A DNA stretch of 62,553 nucleotides, filler included, from Pirum gemmata (GCA_002812295.1; 27 parts of 27 records of this genome joined end to end with filler, not necessarily neighbours in it); one strand, 5' to 3'. Counted from the first letter of the whole stretch, positions 11,259-23,667 are shown. The notes: generated from the letters alone by a model not told the origin. Translations and numbers: made by a program.

Positions 11259-11622
11259 AACAATGATAAGAACAACAACAATAATAATAATTGCTATTAT
11301 TATTTATCGATTTATTGGTTTATTGATTGATTGATTAATTTATTATTGTTATTTATTGCTGTATTATCAACGATAACAATTATTAGAATAACAACAACAA
11401 TAATATTCTCTATTATTATTTATTAATTTATTAATTTTTTGATTTATTTTTTATTATTACTATTAACAATTATAAAAATAATAACAACAATAACATTTGC
11501 TATTATTATTTATGGGTTTATAGATTTATTTATTATATACAGATTTATTCATTATTATTATTATTATTATTTATTGTTTATTATTATTATTATTTATTGT
11601 TATATTGATAACTATTATTTAG

Positions 11623-11759
11623 GTGTGGATGTAATTAGTATGAGTTGGTTAACAGAAGGAGTTCCTCAAATCGAATTTTCTCTTAAATTAACTCGGGAGG
11701 AAGAAAATGACCCAGAACATATAGTTGTAGGAAATAGTGACAACTTTGTAGATCAATGA
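11623..11759 (+). CDS. QPRT: Terminal exon of quinolinate phosphoribosyltransferase (NadC/QPRT)
   Basis: ttattttag acceptor, then GVDVISMSWLTEGVPQIEFSLKL, matching the QPRTase C-terminal motif (x-D-V-I-S-M-G-x-L-T-x-x-x-P-x-x-D-F-S-L-K); TGA at 11757-11759. Confidence 0.8.
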
Positions 11760-11956
11760 TTATTATTATTATTATTATTATTATNNNNNNNNNNNNNNNN
11801 NNNNNNNNNNNNNNNNNNNNNNNNNNNNTTAATTAATTAANNNNNNNNNNNNNNNNNNNNNNNNNNNNNNNNNNNNNNNNNNNNTAATTAGCTATGGTTT
11901 TAAATTTTTTAAAAACAAACAAACAAAAAAAAAAAAGAAAAGAAAAGAAAACATTC

Positions 11957-11997
<41 letters not shown>

Positions 11998-13124
11998 AAT
12001 ATAAATACTTAATTATAATCCATTTGTATATAAGTAGTATATAAAAGTATAATATGTTATGATGGGTAAATGAACCTTAGTATGTATGCTGACCCTAACC
12101 TAATCCCTAGCTAATTATAACCTAACTTTAACCAGTCATAATTATAACGTTAACCCCTTAATTAAGTAATTGGGTAAACCCTAGCCTATATATAATTATA
12201 ATATATAATATACATAGTAAAATAGTTATTATTTTATACCCTAACCCCTGACGTAACCATAACCATAACCCTTATTCCTAACCTTACCCTAACCCTAACC
12301 CTAACCCTAATCTAACCTTATAATCTTAACTCCCATGACCATAACAGACGTCTCTAATCCTAACGTTAAATCCTCCCTAACATAACACTAACCCTAGCTA
12401 GATCACTTCCTAACTCTAACCATAACCCTTACCTAATTTATGTTGTCATTAAGCTTCAGAGGCATTATTTGTTACAAATATCTTTATTAATATTAATATT
12501 AATAACATAATTAATATTATCAACGCTTTTATTTTTATATACACAATAATGCATTGTACCTAACCCTAACCCTAACCCTATAATTATAACCCTAATTATA
12601 ACCCTAATTATAACAGTTTATAACCCTAACCTTAAATTATAACCCTAACCCTAATTATAATCCTAACCCTAACCCTAAACCTAACCCAAACCCTAACCTT
12701 TAAGCCCATATTTAAAAAAAAACACACAAAAAATTCAAGAAAATTTTAAAAAAGAAAACATTATTATTTTTTTTTTTGCTAATTAAAAAAAATTATTTCA
12801 AAAATACAACACAGAAGCATATAAATGAAATTTGTTTTCTTATTTATTTTTATTATTTATTTTTTTGTAATTAGTTATATTTATTTTAAATTTTCAAACA
12901 TATTAAAATTGACAATTTTTTTTTTAAAAAAATCAATATAATAAAATTAAAAAGCAATTAATAAAGTGAAGTTTATTATCATAAACTTACTATTATCCCA
13001 ACCCTAACCCTAACCCTAACCCTAACAGTCCCTAACCCTAACCCTAACCCTAACCCTAACCCTAACCCTAACCCTAACCCTAACCCTAACATGTACCCTA
13101 ACCCTTTTTTTTAAAACATTAATT

Positions 13125-13634
13125 ATGCTTACAATATTAAATTTGATCAAATTATTATTATTTTTTAACTTATTCATAAAATGTTATTGTGCAGCAACCA
13201 ATTCCAATAACTTTAATGTAAAATTTTATTGTGATGAAGGTTTTCAACTTCAAGTACTTAATCGACATTGTGTTAGTTATTCATGTCCTAACGGTTATTC
13301 ACTAACACTTCAATTAAACCCAGCTACCAACCAATATGATAGAAAAGTTTGCTTTGCTCGCGATTCTTATACTCTTAGAAGTTATATAAAAAATACTGTG
13401 CCTTGTACTTATGGAACTCAATATTATAGAAATACAATAGATCAAGTTGATTATTGTTTAAGTCTTTGTTATGAAGAAACTCATACAAGAAATGGAAATA
13501 AGTGTCATATTAAAAATGGTATAGAAAATATAATTAGTCCTTTAGAAGAAAAGAAACCTCTTAAGTGTTTGCCAGGAGGAAATTTAGTTAGTATTGATCC
13601 AAATGATAATAGTATTATATGCAGTTTTGTTTGA
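13125..13634 (+). CDS. Secreted Cys-rich protein (169 aa, intronless)
   Basis: Hydrophobic N-terminus (MLTILNLIKLLLFFNLFIKCYCA); C-x-x-G-[FY] modules (CDEGF, CPNGY, CTYGT, CLPGG); family not recognised. Confidence 0.75.
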   Translation: MLTILNLIKLLLFFNLFIKCYCAATNSNNFNVKFYCDEGFQLQVLNRHCVSYSCPNGYSLTLQLNPATNQYDRKVCFARDSYTLRSYIKNTVPCTYGTQYYRNTIDQVDYCLSLCYEETHTRNGNKCHIKNGIENIISPLEEKKPLKCLPGGNLVSIDPNDNSIICSFV

Positions 13635-14308
13635 AAGGTTTATAATAGTATTATATTATGCAGTTTTGTTTGAAAGGTTTTTAACTAATAACTATATATA
13701 TTATATGTATTATATTATGTATATGTATTATATGGGATTTTATTATTATTATGTATTGTTAACATTGATTTATTTATCGATTAGTTTATAGCCCAATCAT
13801 TTTGTATGCTAGTGTACCGTGGTTGACCGAAGGCTAAAACATATAGTAAAAAAAATAAAAAATAAACTCAAACAAAAAATAAACTCAAACAAAAAATAAA
13901 CTCAAACAAAATATATATAATAATTATTACCAAATAGACAGTTATAGGCACTTTTTGCGACAAAAGTGACCAAATGTGTGAATACTGGCACTTTTATATA
14001 TAATATTTATTTATTTATTTATTTATTTATTTATTAAATTTTATTNNNNNNNNNNNNNNNNNNNNNNNNNNNNNNNNNNNNNNNNNNNNTTAATTAATTA
14101 ANNNNNNNNNNNNNNNNNNNNNNNNNNNNNNNNNNNNNNNNNNNNTAATAATAATGATAATAATAATAATTTATGTAGTAAAATTTAATACTCTTTTTTA
14201 TGTCAATGTATTTTATAATATCTACTTATTACTTGATTTATTTATATATTAATTGTTTAAATTTATTTTTACTGCGTATATATTATACCGCTAACGTTAT
14301 TACTATAG

Positions 14309-16307
14309 GGATGGAGAAACTCATGTCGCATTAAGATCTACACCATTTTATGATAAGTGGAAAATCGAATCATTAGCGTTAAAATGTAATTTCTATTTTT
14401 TTTTTTTTTTTTACTTTTTTTTTTGTTTTTTTTTTTTTTGTTTTTTTTTTTTTTTTTTTTTATAGATGTTCTTCTTATATATTTTTATATATGGTTTTTA
14501 TTGTTATCATTGCTGTTTCTATCATATTATTATTATTATTACTTCTTGTATTATTATTATGTTTGCTGTTATTATTATTATTATTATTATATATTTTTTC
14601 TTATCTTTTTTATTATTATTTATGTTTATATTATTATTATTATTATCAGTTTTTAATAAATGCTTTTTATTGTTATCATTGCTATTTCTGTTATATTATT
14701 ATTATTATTTTTTTTCTTGTAGTATTATTATATTTGTTGTTATTGAACTTCAATATTTTCACTGGGTTTCATTACCATTATTAGTATCTCTACCACTGAC
14801 ATTTCTTTCTTGTCTTGAAATTGTGATTACCTTCTTCTTATTTCTATTGCTATTTGGTACCAACATTAATACCATTACCATCATTATCAGTATATTGTGT
14901 TACATGAAATTATTATCATTTTCTTTATATATATATATAACTGCTATGTATCATTTACCCGGTATATTTGTCATTTTTTGTTTCCGATATATATCTAGTT
15001 TTATTCCACTATTTCAAGAGAATTACCTTTTATATTATTTGTACCGTAGGTGGATTAATCTTAAAAGAAAAAGAAGCTTTTGATGGTGATCGTTATGTAT
15101 TGCAAGGTGGGAAATTGTACTACTGTGTTTTAAAAATAGTAAATCAAGTTGTTTAAGAAGTGATGCGACGAATATTTCGCTTATAATTTCTTTCTCTATA
15201 ATAACTATTTATTGTTGTCGTTGTGGTCGTTGTGGTTGCTGTGGTTTTTGTGGTTGTTTTGGTTGTTGTGGTTGTTGTGGTTGTTGTGGTTGTTGTGGTT
15301 GTGGCTGTTGTGGTTTCTGTGGCTGTTGTGGTTTCTGTGGCTTATTGTGGTTATTATTGGTTGTTATTGGTTGCTGTGTAATTGTGATTGTTATTGAGTG
15401 TTGTAATTACTATTGTAATTGGGTTTTGTAGTTATGACTGTTGCTGTTGGGTGATGTTGTGGTTGGGTGATATGTTGTGGGTTGTGGTTGGGTGATATGT
15501 TGTGGTTGGGTGATATGTTGTGGTTGGGTGATATGTTGTGGTTGGTGATATGTTGGTTGTTATTGGGTGTAGTGGTTGCGGTTGTACTTGGGTGTTGTAG
15601 TTGTTGTAGTTGTTGGGTGGTGTTTTAGTTGAATGACAGTGGTTGCTGTTGGGTATTATAGTGTTTATGGTTGTGGTTGGGTGATGTGGTTTGTTGGGTG
15701 ACGTGGTTGTGGTTGTGGTTGTGGTTGTGGTTGTGGTTGTGGTTGTGGTTGTGGTTGTGGTTTTTCGCGTTGTTCTTCCTGTCCTGGTTATTGTATATTT
15801 AATAAAATACTATCTTTGATTTTAATTTAAATATTTAAAAGGATACAAACCTGAAAGAACTAATCCGGCTAAGCGAGAAGTCCCGGAAGTGAATAATGCT
15901 ATTATTTATAAATTTAGAGTTTCTACTGTGGCTGAACGTGAAAAACATGGTATAGTGATTAACGCCAATGCGTTGTGTGTTTCTAATTTCAATATTGAGG
16001 ATGATGTTACAGGTAAAGTTGACAATCATGCTGATAATGTTGTTCTGGATAATAAGAACTCTCAGAAAAAAAATAAGAAGAGCAAAATTGTTTGCCAGAA
16101 CAATTCCAATAACCATATTAACGAAAATGATAATAGTAATACAAATACCGATAACGATAATGAGTGTAAAAATACAGTATATGATATTAAGAATAATAAT
16201 AACTCTCTTAATAATAATAAGAATAAGAATAATAAGAATAATAAGAATAATAATAAGAATAATAATAATACCCTGACCCCTAACCCTAACCCTAACCCAA
16301 ACCTTGA
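14309..16307 (+). CDS. DUF2431 / BMT5-like rRNA (uridine-N3)-methyltransferase domain protein, 3' exons
   Basis: Exons 14309-14385, 15050-15106 and 15842 to contig end join in phase: DGETHVALRSTPFYDKWKIESLALKCGLILKEKEAFDGDRYVLQGYKPERTNP..NNAIIYKF. This fits the DUF2431 pattern GE.HV.L....Y..W.I..LA...GL.L.....F....Y..Y...RT. Asn-rich tail follows. Confidence 0.75.
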
Positions 16308-17023
16308 NNNNNNNNNNNNNNNNNNNNNNNNNNNNNNNNNNNNNNNNNNNNTTAATTAATTAANNNNNNNNNNNNNNNNNNNNNNNNNNNNNNNNNNNNN
16401 NNNNNNNTTATTATCTATTTTTATTTCTTTTTTATTTTTATTTTTTTATTTATGATATCATAGAAAAATAAATAAATAAATAAATTTCTCTGTTTATATA
16501 ATATTTGACTTTTTGACTTATTATACTCTTATTATTATTATTCAAAAAAATGTTTTTCAAGAACAAAACAAAAACAAAACGAAAGCAAAATGTCTTATAA
16601 ATCTGGAGTCCTATAAGGGAGTCTGGACTCCTATAAGGGAATCCTAATTATCCTATATATCTACTTATCTATATATCGACATTGATAAAAAATAACAGGG
16701 AGTTCAAAATTTCAAAATTTCTTGAACTAACTTTTTTTTTTTTTTTTTTGTAGATAAAAAACATATGTACAAAAAAAACAAAGACCCAAAAGAAATTTCA
16801 TGGAGCCTTTGAAAAAAAAAACTGAGTTCAAACTCCTTGAAGAAACAGTGAAAAAATGTAAAAAACGGCTTAATTATGATTCACAAATTTCATCTATGAC
16901 ATCTTCATTGATATAATCATATTAAATTTTCAAATAACAGAAGTTTTATTTATATATATAAATGATAATATGACAAGCGCGTTTTAATTAAAATCCCAAG
17001 CGGAGTCTCGAACCTAAAGGTTA

Positions 17024-17202
17024 GGAATTATCCATAATAAAGGACGTCACCTAATCTTACCTATGCCTCTTTGCCCAAAACACTTTTGGTCATAATTTTA
17101 AAGTTCATTTTTTAATAATTAATTATTGCCTAAAACATTTTAAGTCACACTTTCGAGCAATGACTTCTATCAAAGAATAAGTGACGTCCTTTATGAAGGT
17201 TC
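17024..17202 (+). mobile_element. MITE family C (PIF/Harbinger-like)
   Basis: Near-identical to 58980-59157; TIR core ATAAAGGACGTCAC / GTGACGTCCTTTAT; preceded by TTA. Confidence 0.85.
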
Positions 17203-17681
17203 GATGAACTTCGACTCGCTGCCAACACTCTCAAAATTAAATGCCGATCCAATGGCTACCAGTCCTAGCTTGGACACCTATAATATTTGAAACAGTTGTG
17301 AGACTACTACATAAAAATAAAAAATAAAAAAATTATTATCTATATAGGATATTATTATTAATATTATGACATTACTATCAATTTACCATTACTTATAAAT
17401 AAGTTATTACTCATCATGGAACCAGATTTGGGTCTTTCGGAACTTTATATATATATTGGTTGGGCTGTTTGTGCTGATTGAAACTGGTTGATTGAACTTT
17501 GATTGAGTAAATTAATTTAAAATGGAATTTGCCTAGTGGAATTTAATTTTTATTTTATATTGTAGATAGTGAAGTAGTAGTAGTGTAGTAGTATATGTTT
17601 CAGTAGATATCGATAGTATGGATACTTTGTAAACACACTTTTATATATGTGTGTATATTAATATATATATAAATGATATAT

Positions 17682-17835
17682 TGTCGTGCTTTTCATTTAT
17701 TTTGTCACTCTAAATATTTATTTGGAGGGTTATAATATTTAAATTGACACTTTTAAATAAATGGATTTATAATGTATTAATTTGGTACTATTTATTGTAT
17801 ATTTTATCACGACAAAATAACTGCAAAGCACGATA
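17682..17835 (+). mobile_element. MITE family B copy
   Basis: TGTCGTGCTTTTCA..TGCAAAGCACGATA termini with the shared internal sequence. Confidence 0.85.
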
Positions 17836-18104
17836 TAATAATAATGATATTATTATGATAATGATATTATATTATAATATAATTTTTTAGTAGTATCCAT
17901 ACTACTACATACTACTCTACTAGCTAGCTAAGTAGGATATAGTCAAGACTGTCAACTTTCATATCATAGACCTCTAGTAGACTATCGTCTTAGTGCCATT
18001 GGATTCGTCTATTTCATTACTGTTGTCCTCTCAATCTTAATTAAAAACACTATTGAAAACCCCTTGAAAAACCTAAATTGAAAAATAAAGAACATGCATA
18101 CTAA

Positions 18105-18222
18105 GGGAGCGCTTCAAATACAGCTTCAAATACCTCTACCTACCTACCCCTCGGCGTTAATTTCCGGTCAAATACCACCTACTTACCTTCCCCTTGACGT
18201 GACGTATTATTTGAACGCTTCC
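18105..18222 (+). mobile_element. MITE family A-short, both termini present
   Basis: TAA GGGAGCGCTTCAAATA..TATTTGAACGCTTCC; termini related to the perfect-TIR element at 45447-45755. Confidence 0.8.
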
Positions 18223-19061
18223 TCACTAAGTAGTAAAAGCGGTAGACTAGTCTACCAAACCAACTGTCTATACGTGGGCTGCTGTTATAGGTCAATGTTT
18301 ATTTGTTTGATTACCTTTTTTAACTGTATGATCAGTTTTTTTAATTAAAAAAAAATAATAATATTCTAGACTAGACTTCTCTAGCTAGACTATCGGTCAG
18401 AAAAATTTAAGGGCTCATATAGCCCATCCATTTTTTTCCTTTTTTTCTATCATAATAAAAAAAAATTTTTTTAACATTTTTTTTTTTTTTTTCGAGACAG
18501 CAAAATTTAGGGGAAAATGATACTGAAAATAATGTTTTTTCTTGCTGTTCGATGGCAAAATCGGACTCCTTGGGTCGAATATAGTCANNNNNNNNNNNNN
18601 NNNNNNNNNNNNNNNNNNNNNNNNNNNNNNNTTAATTAATTAANNNNNNNNNNNNNNNNNNNNNNNNNNNNNNNNNNNNNNNNNNNNTAGCTACCTACCC
18701 CTCGACGTCAATTTCCGGTCAAATACCACCTACCTACCTACCCCTTGACGTGACGTATTATTAGATCAATAATAAAAAAATGCTGAAAACATTGAAAAAA
18801 AAAAAAAGGTATTTAAAAGCACAACACAAATCAGAAAACTAAAAAAACAAAACAAAAACATCTCAAGAATAATAATAATAATAAATGTACTGGCTACTAT
18901 TTTTTATTGTATAAATATATAACATAATTACATCTTCTCATAGTATTTTAACAAACAATAATCAAAAAATTAATTAAAATATCATAATAACAATATTATT
19001 ATCAATAACATAATTATAATACTCATCACTTATTAATAAACAAACAAACAAACAAACAAAC

Positions 19062-20039
19062 ATGCAATTCATCAAAGCATCAACCCCTGCTGCTGCTAGT
19101 TTAAGCATTGCATCCACTTTTCTAACCTTATCAACCACGTTAACAACGTTAGCTTTCACCAACATTAACGCTAGTCCAACACTAACTAACACAGACATCA
19201 AAGACCTTTCTGACCAAGAAATTGCTGCTTATTCTCTTAAAATGATTGATTTTACAATGGCTGAAGTCACCAACGCTATGGCTAACGTAGGCAAATCTTT
19301 GAATAATTGTTACTTAAGTCCAGGAACCCAAAAATGCCCTATAAGCATTCCATATAAATGTGGGGCTGAGTGCGTGAAAATTAATTGTGGGGCGCATATT
19401 GCAGGAACGGTTACTAACGTCATTGGCGGGGTGGTTGGTGCCATTGCTCCTTGGATTGATGATATGCAAGATAAAGGGAAGGATTTGGTTGCGTCCGAAA
19501 TTTTCAATGATACTCAAACTACGGTGTCTAGTTTAGCAATTTTGGCCGGGAAATTTGCAGAAGGAGGTCAATGTAGTGATTTGCTAAAGGTTGAATCAGC
19601 GGCTATGGAGGAGGCTAAAAAGAATTTAGGTTTAGTTGTGGACCCAGTAACCCAGCCCCAACCACCAGTACAACCACAACCACAATCACAAAACAATGAC
19701 ATGGACCCAAATAATTTATATGGTAAAAAAGATGGTTCAGACATTGACAGCACTGACCCAAATAATTTATACGGTAATAAAGTTATTAATGACAATGGGA
19801 ATGATAATGCAATTACTCTGGAGTATATAACTAAGTTATTGGAATTACAACAACAACAACAAGTACAACAACAACAACAAGTACAACAACAACAACAACA
19901 ACAACTGGATAAAGACAAGACTAATACTGATCCTGATGCACTTACAGGTTCGGCCTCTCAGACATCATCTAACACTAATAACTTAATTACATCGATAACT
20001 TTGGTGGCGTCAATGTCATTCTTTTCAAAAATCTTTTAA
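19062..20039 (+). CDS. Secreted, probably GPI-anchored surface protein (325 aa, intronless)
   Basis: Hydrophobic N-terminal leader; Cys cluster CYL..CP...PYKCGAECVKINCG; Q/P/N-rich linker with DPNNLYG twice; small-residue GSAS followed by a hydrophobic C-terminus (LITSITLVASMSFF). Confidence 0.8.
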   Translation: MQFIKASTPAAASLSIASTFLTLSTTLTTLAFTNINASPTLTNTDIKDLSDQEIAAYSLKMIDFTMAEVTNAMANVGKSLNNCYLSPGTQKCPISIPYKCGAECVKINCGAHIAGTVTNVIGGVVGAIAPWIDDMQDKGKDLVASEIFNDTQTTVSSLAILAGKFAEGGQCSDLLKVESAAMEEAKKNLGLVVDPVTQPQPPVQPQPQSQNNDMDPNNLYGKKDGSDIDSTDPNNLYGNKVINDNGNDNAITLEYITKLLELQQQQQVQQQQQVQQQQQQQLDKDKTNTDPDALTGSASQTSSNTNNLITSITLVASMSFFSKIF

Positions 20040-20369
20040 TTAACAATAATAATAATAATTAATATTATAATAAAACTTATTATTATTATTATTATTTAAT
20101 AATTTGAATTAGTCTGGTTTTTAGCTATAGAAAAATATTCTTTTTTTATTTAAATATAATATATATCGAATATACATAAGAAAAATAAAAGTTGTTATTT
20201 ATTGTTATTGTTATTGTTAAATTATTATTATTAATTATTATTATATGTTATATATTGCTATTGTTATTGTTATATTAATATTATTATTATTGATTAATTA
20301 TTATTATATATTATACATATTAAAATTTTTTCTTGAACTTCTTGATTTATTAGTCTATTTTTTTTTTTT

Positions 20370-20600
20370 TTACTAGGTCTACCGGACTACCTACCTTTGG
20401 GGGGTCTACAAGACGGATAAAAATCCAAAAAATCTCAAAAACAACCAATTTTAATAAAAGTACTACCAAAACGTGAGAAATAATTTAACTAAAATGACTC
20501 TATTATGAACCAATGGCTAACTTTTAAAACTATTTTGGTTAGTTAATATTTTAAAGGTTTTTAGGAAAGAAGTCTTTTTTTATGGGTGGATTTCCTACTA
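20370..20600 (+). mobile_element. Repeat family G (terminus TTAACAGACAAGCCGGATAAAAAT)
   Basis: Core GTACTACCAAA..GAGAAAT..CTCTATTATGAACCAATGGCTA..TTTAAAA shared with 37315-37511 (+), 40770-41005 (-), 41147-41380 (+) and 41500-41625 (-); terminus fragment at ~59396-59417. Confidence 0.75.
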
Positions 20601-20802
20601 GCTAGAGCTAGCTAGCTAGTAGCTAGGGTGGATTTCTCTACTTCAGTCTAGCTAGTCTAGCTACTAGCTAGTAGAGATTTCTTACATCCCTTCACTTATC
20701 CCTCCACAGTCCACACACTTTTTTTAATTAAAATTTTTTTTTTTAAAAGTGAAATATTATTATGACGTCATCTATTTTTCTTTATACATCATACTATTGA
20801 GA

Positions 20803-20835
<33 letters not shown>

Positions 20836-20992
20836 NNNNNNNNNNNNNNNNNNNNNNNNNNNNNNNNNNNNNNNNNNNNTTAATTAATTAANNNNNNNNN
20901 NNNNNNNNNNNNNNNNNNNNNNNNNNNNNNNNNNNATTATTATTATTACTGTTATTATTGTTATTATTAATTGTTATTTATTAAAATGTTAG

Positions 20993-22221
20993 GGATATTT
21001 GATCCCCTTGGCCTAGAGATGGATAATTCTTTACTGTTGGATGAGAAAACTAAATGCACCAGTATTGCCTTTGATGTAAATAATAAAGGATTGCTAAGTA
21101 GAAAAGAAGGGACTGACTCTGATTATATTAAAGATTGTAGCACTATTGATTTGACTAATAATAATATTGTTAGCTTTGACCTTAACAATTGTTTTAATGA
21201 TTTAATCAATCTGAAAAATATTAATTTGTTTAATAATAACATAGTTTCTATTTCTTTTCAAAGTTTTGGTAATATATTTTATAACAGAGGTAAAAACATG
21301 AAAACTATTAACTTGAACAATAACAAAATTAATACTTTAAAGAGTGATAGTTTTAGTTTAGGTGAGTTCCATAATTTAAGTCAATTGTTATTAGGTAGTA
21401 ATAATATTACAAAACTTGAAAATAATGTGTTTAGTAGTTTTGTAACTGATAGAATGTTAGTAAATATAAGCAATAATAATTTGAATTGTTGCGATGACAA
21501 TGGGAGCGAGATGGCGTTTTTGATCGAGAAAAACCAAACTATTGACTGCTTAATTTTTGACGGAAACGATGAAAAGGGGCAGGTTCATGAATACTCTTCG
21601 TCCAATTATAACTCTTTAGTAAACGAGTGTTTTGTTGCTAATTCCTTCTCCCCAGATCCAGGAAGTGATGCTGGTGTAATTGCAGGTAGTGTGATAGCTG
21701 TGTTTGTAGTAATTATGGGAGTTGGTGGTACCTGGTATTACTTTGTTTATAGACGTAAAGGGAAAGATCTTCTACAAGGCAAAAGCGCAATGCAATTTGT
21801 AAACGGTAATGATAATGAATATGAATCTAACAAAGATGCTACTTCTGCTGGATTGTATGCTGAACCTGGTAATAAAAAAGTATATGATAAAAATCAAGAT
21901 GATGGTGAATTCTATAACTATGTTGATAGTAAAATTACATCTTACGATGATAATGAAGGTGATTATATTGATGATAGGAGGTATGACTCTGTTGATGACG
22001 TGCATGGAGAATATGCTAATATGCCAGAGGATAACCCTAACCCTAACCCTAACCCTAACCCTAACCCTAACCCTAACCCTAACCCTAACCCTAACCCACC
22101 GTGCGATTCTAACGAAGATAGGGTGAACATAGAATATACTAATTTAACAGATAACCCACCATGCGATTCTGAAAAAGATTTGTCAGAAAAAAGTCCTTAT
22201 TACATGAAGCCGATTAACTAA
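20993..22221 (+). CDS. Single-pass LRR receptor with Tyr-rich cytoplasmic tail (5'-partial, last large exon)
   Basis: Probable acceptor atgttag at 20992. About 5 extracellular LxLxxNxI repeats, an LRRCT-like NNNLNCCD, TM helix VIAGSVIAVFVVIMGVGGTWYYFVY followed by RRKGK, and an acidic tail with ~12 Tyr (YAEP, YAN, YTN, YMKP). No kinase domain before the stop. Confidence 0.85.
22032..22097 (+). repeat. (TAACCC)11 telomeric array in frame inside the receptor CDS
   Basis: 66-bp perfect array encoding (NP)11. Confidence 0.95.
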
Positions 22222-22328
22222 TTCTTATTTTATCAGACTTCATTATCATATTTTTTAGTTTTCTCTTGTTTTTTTTCTTTTTTATAAGTCATAATATATA
22301 TTATCATATTAAAAAAAAACTTATATTA

Positions 22329-22362
<34 letters not shown>

Positions 22363-23040
22363 ATAAATATAACATTTAAAAACATTATTACACGTTTATT
22401 AATAATAGATTTATTATTAATTATAATTACTACAACGAAAATCCGATATTAAGAATTTACCTGAAATCCCCCCCCCCCCGAGTTTTATCTTATATAATTA
22501 TATTAAGTGACTTTTTAACTTATTTATTTCAATTATTCAAAGTTATGTTTTGCTTACGTTTTTTTGTTAGTCATTGCATTAGGGTTAGGGTTAGGGTTAG
22601 GGTTAGGGTTAGGGTTAGGGTTAGGGTTAAGGTAAATGGTTCTGACATTTCTTGCTTCGTATGGGGTAAAACAAGTTTTGTTTTAGGGGTATTTCTGTAT
22701 TAAAATTTATATTCAATTAATTAAGATTGTACAAATTTATTATATTTCAGTGGTCTTATTACTGTTTCCCAAAAAACCCTAACCACAACCCTAACCCTAA
22801 CCCTAACCCTAACCCTAACCCTAACCCTTACCCTAACTTGACTTAAAATTTTAATTGTACCATGCAACAGGTAGTATGCTAGTCGATAGTTGGTCCAAAA
22901 CAATAAATAAGATAATAATATGATATTGTTGTGTTAATATAAGCTCATATGTAGTCTGATAATCTATAGCTAGTAATAATAACATGGTAATGTAATGATA
23001 ATATTATGCGTTTTGTTTTAGGTATAGCGTTATCTACTAC

Positions 23041-23075
<35 letters not shown>

Positions 23076-23460
23076 NNNNNNNNNNNNNNNNNNNNNNNNN
23101 NNNNNNNNNNNNNNNNNNNTTAATTAATTAANNNNNNNNNNNNNNNNNNNNNNNNNNNNNNNNNNNNNNNNNNNNCCCCCAGGTAGTTTCACGGCACCTA
23201 AAGACATGTCTTGAGTTGGCCGTGGTATCATAGTTTATATAAAGCTTATAAAGCACTTAAGTAGTCATAGTCATCTGGTATCGGTAGTACAACTTATTAT
23301 TATATCAAAGATAGTACTTGCACAGCAGCACAATTGTGTAACAGTGTAAGTGTGTATCATATCGATACACTGAAGTACTGAAGTAGTCTGAAGTACTCCC
23401 TCACACTGCTTGGCTCGGGCTATTTTTAGGTCAAAAAAGCTGTCAAAAAAGACTCAAAAA

Positions 23461-23667
23461 AGTGTCAAAAATTTAAATAGCTACCAAGTATGAGCTGCGC
23501 AAGCAAATTTTTTCGGTACATAGGTCTAGTCTACTTTTTTTTTTTAAAAAAAAAAAATAGACCTAGGTAGACTAGTAGGTCTACCAGTCAACTGGTCTAC
23601 CACAATCATAAAATAATTTGCTACGGTAATTTTTATTATTCTGGTAGCTTTTAATTAAATTGACACT
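23461..23667. mobile_element. Degenerate foldback element
   Basis: Imperfect inverted arms TGTCAAAAATTTAAATAGCTACCA / TGGTAGCTTTTAATTAAATTGACA around a central TAGGTCTA..T11A12..TAGACCTA palindrome. Confidence 0.45.

Noticed and set aside
14423..15083. Long hydrophobic ORFs resembling membrane proteins (also 59407-59973, 27764-28090, 11439 N-terminus)
   Set aside because: Translations of (TTA)n/(ATC)n low-complexity intron or intergenic DNA; 14423-15083 lies mostly in an intron of the DUF2431 gene.
16995..17020. tRNA T-arm/B-box-like GGTTCGAGAC on the minus strand (and GGTTCCAACCC at ~4893)
   Set aside because: No cloverleaf or acceptor stem can be built; at most SINE relics.
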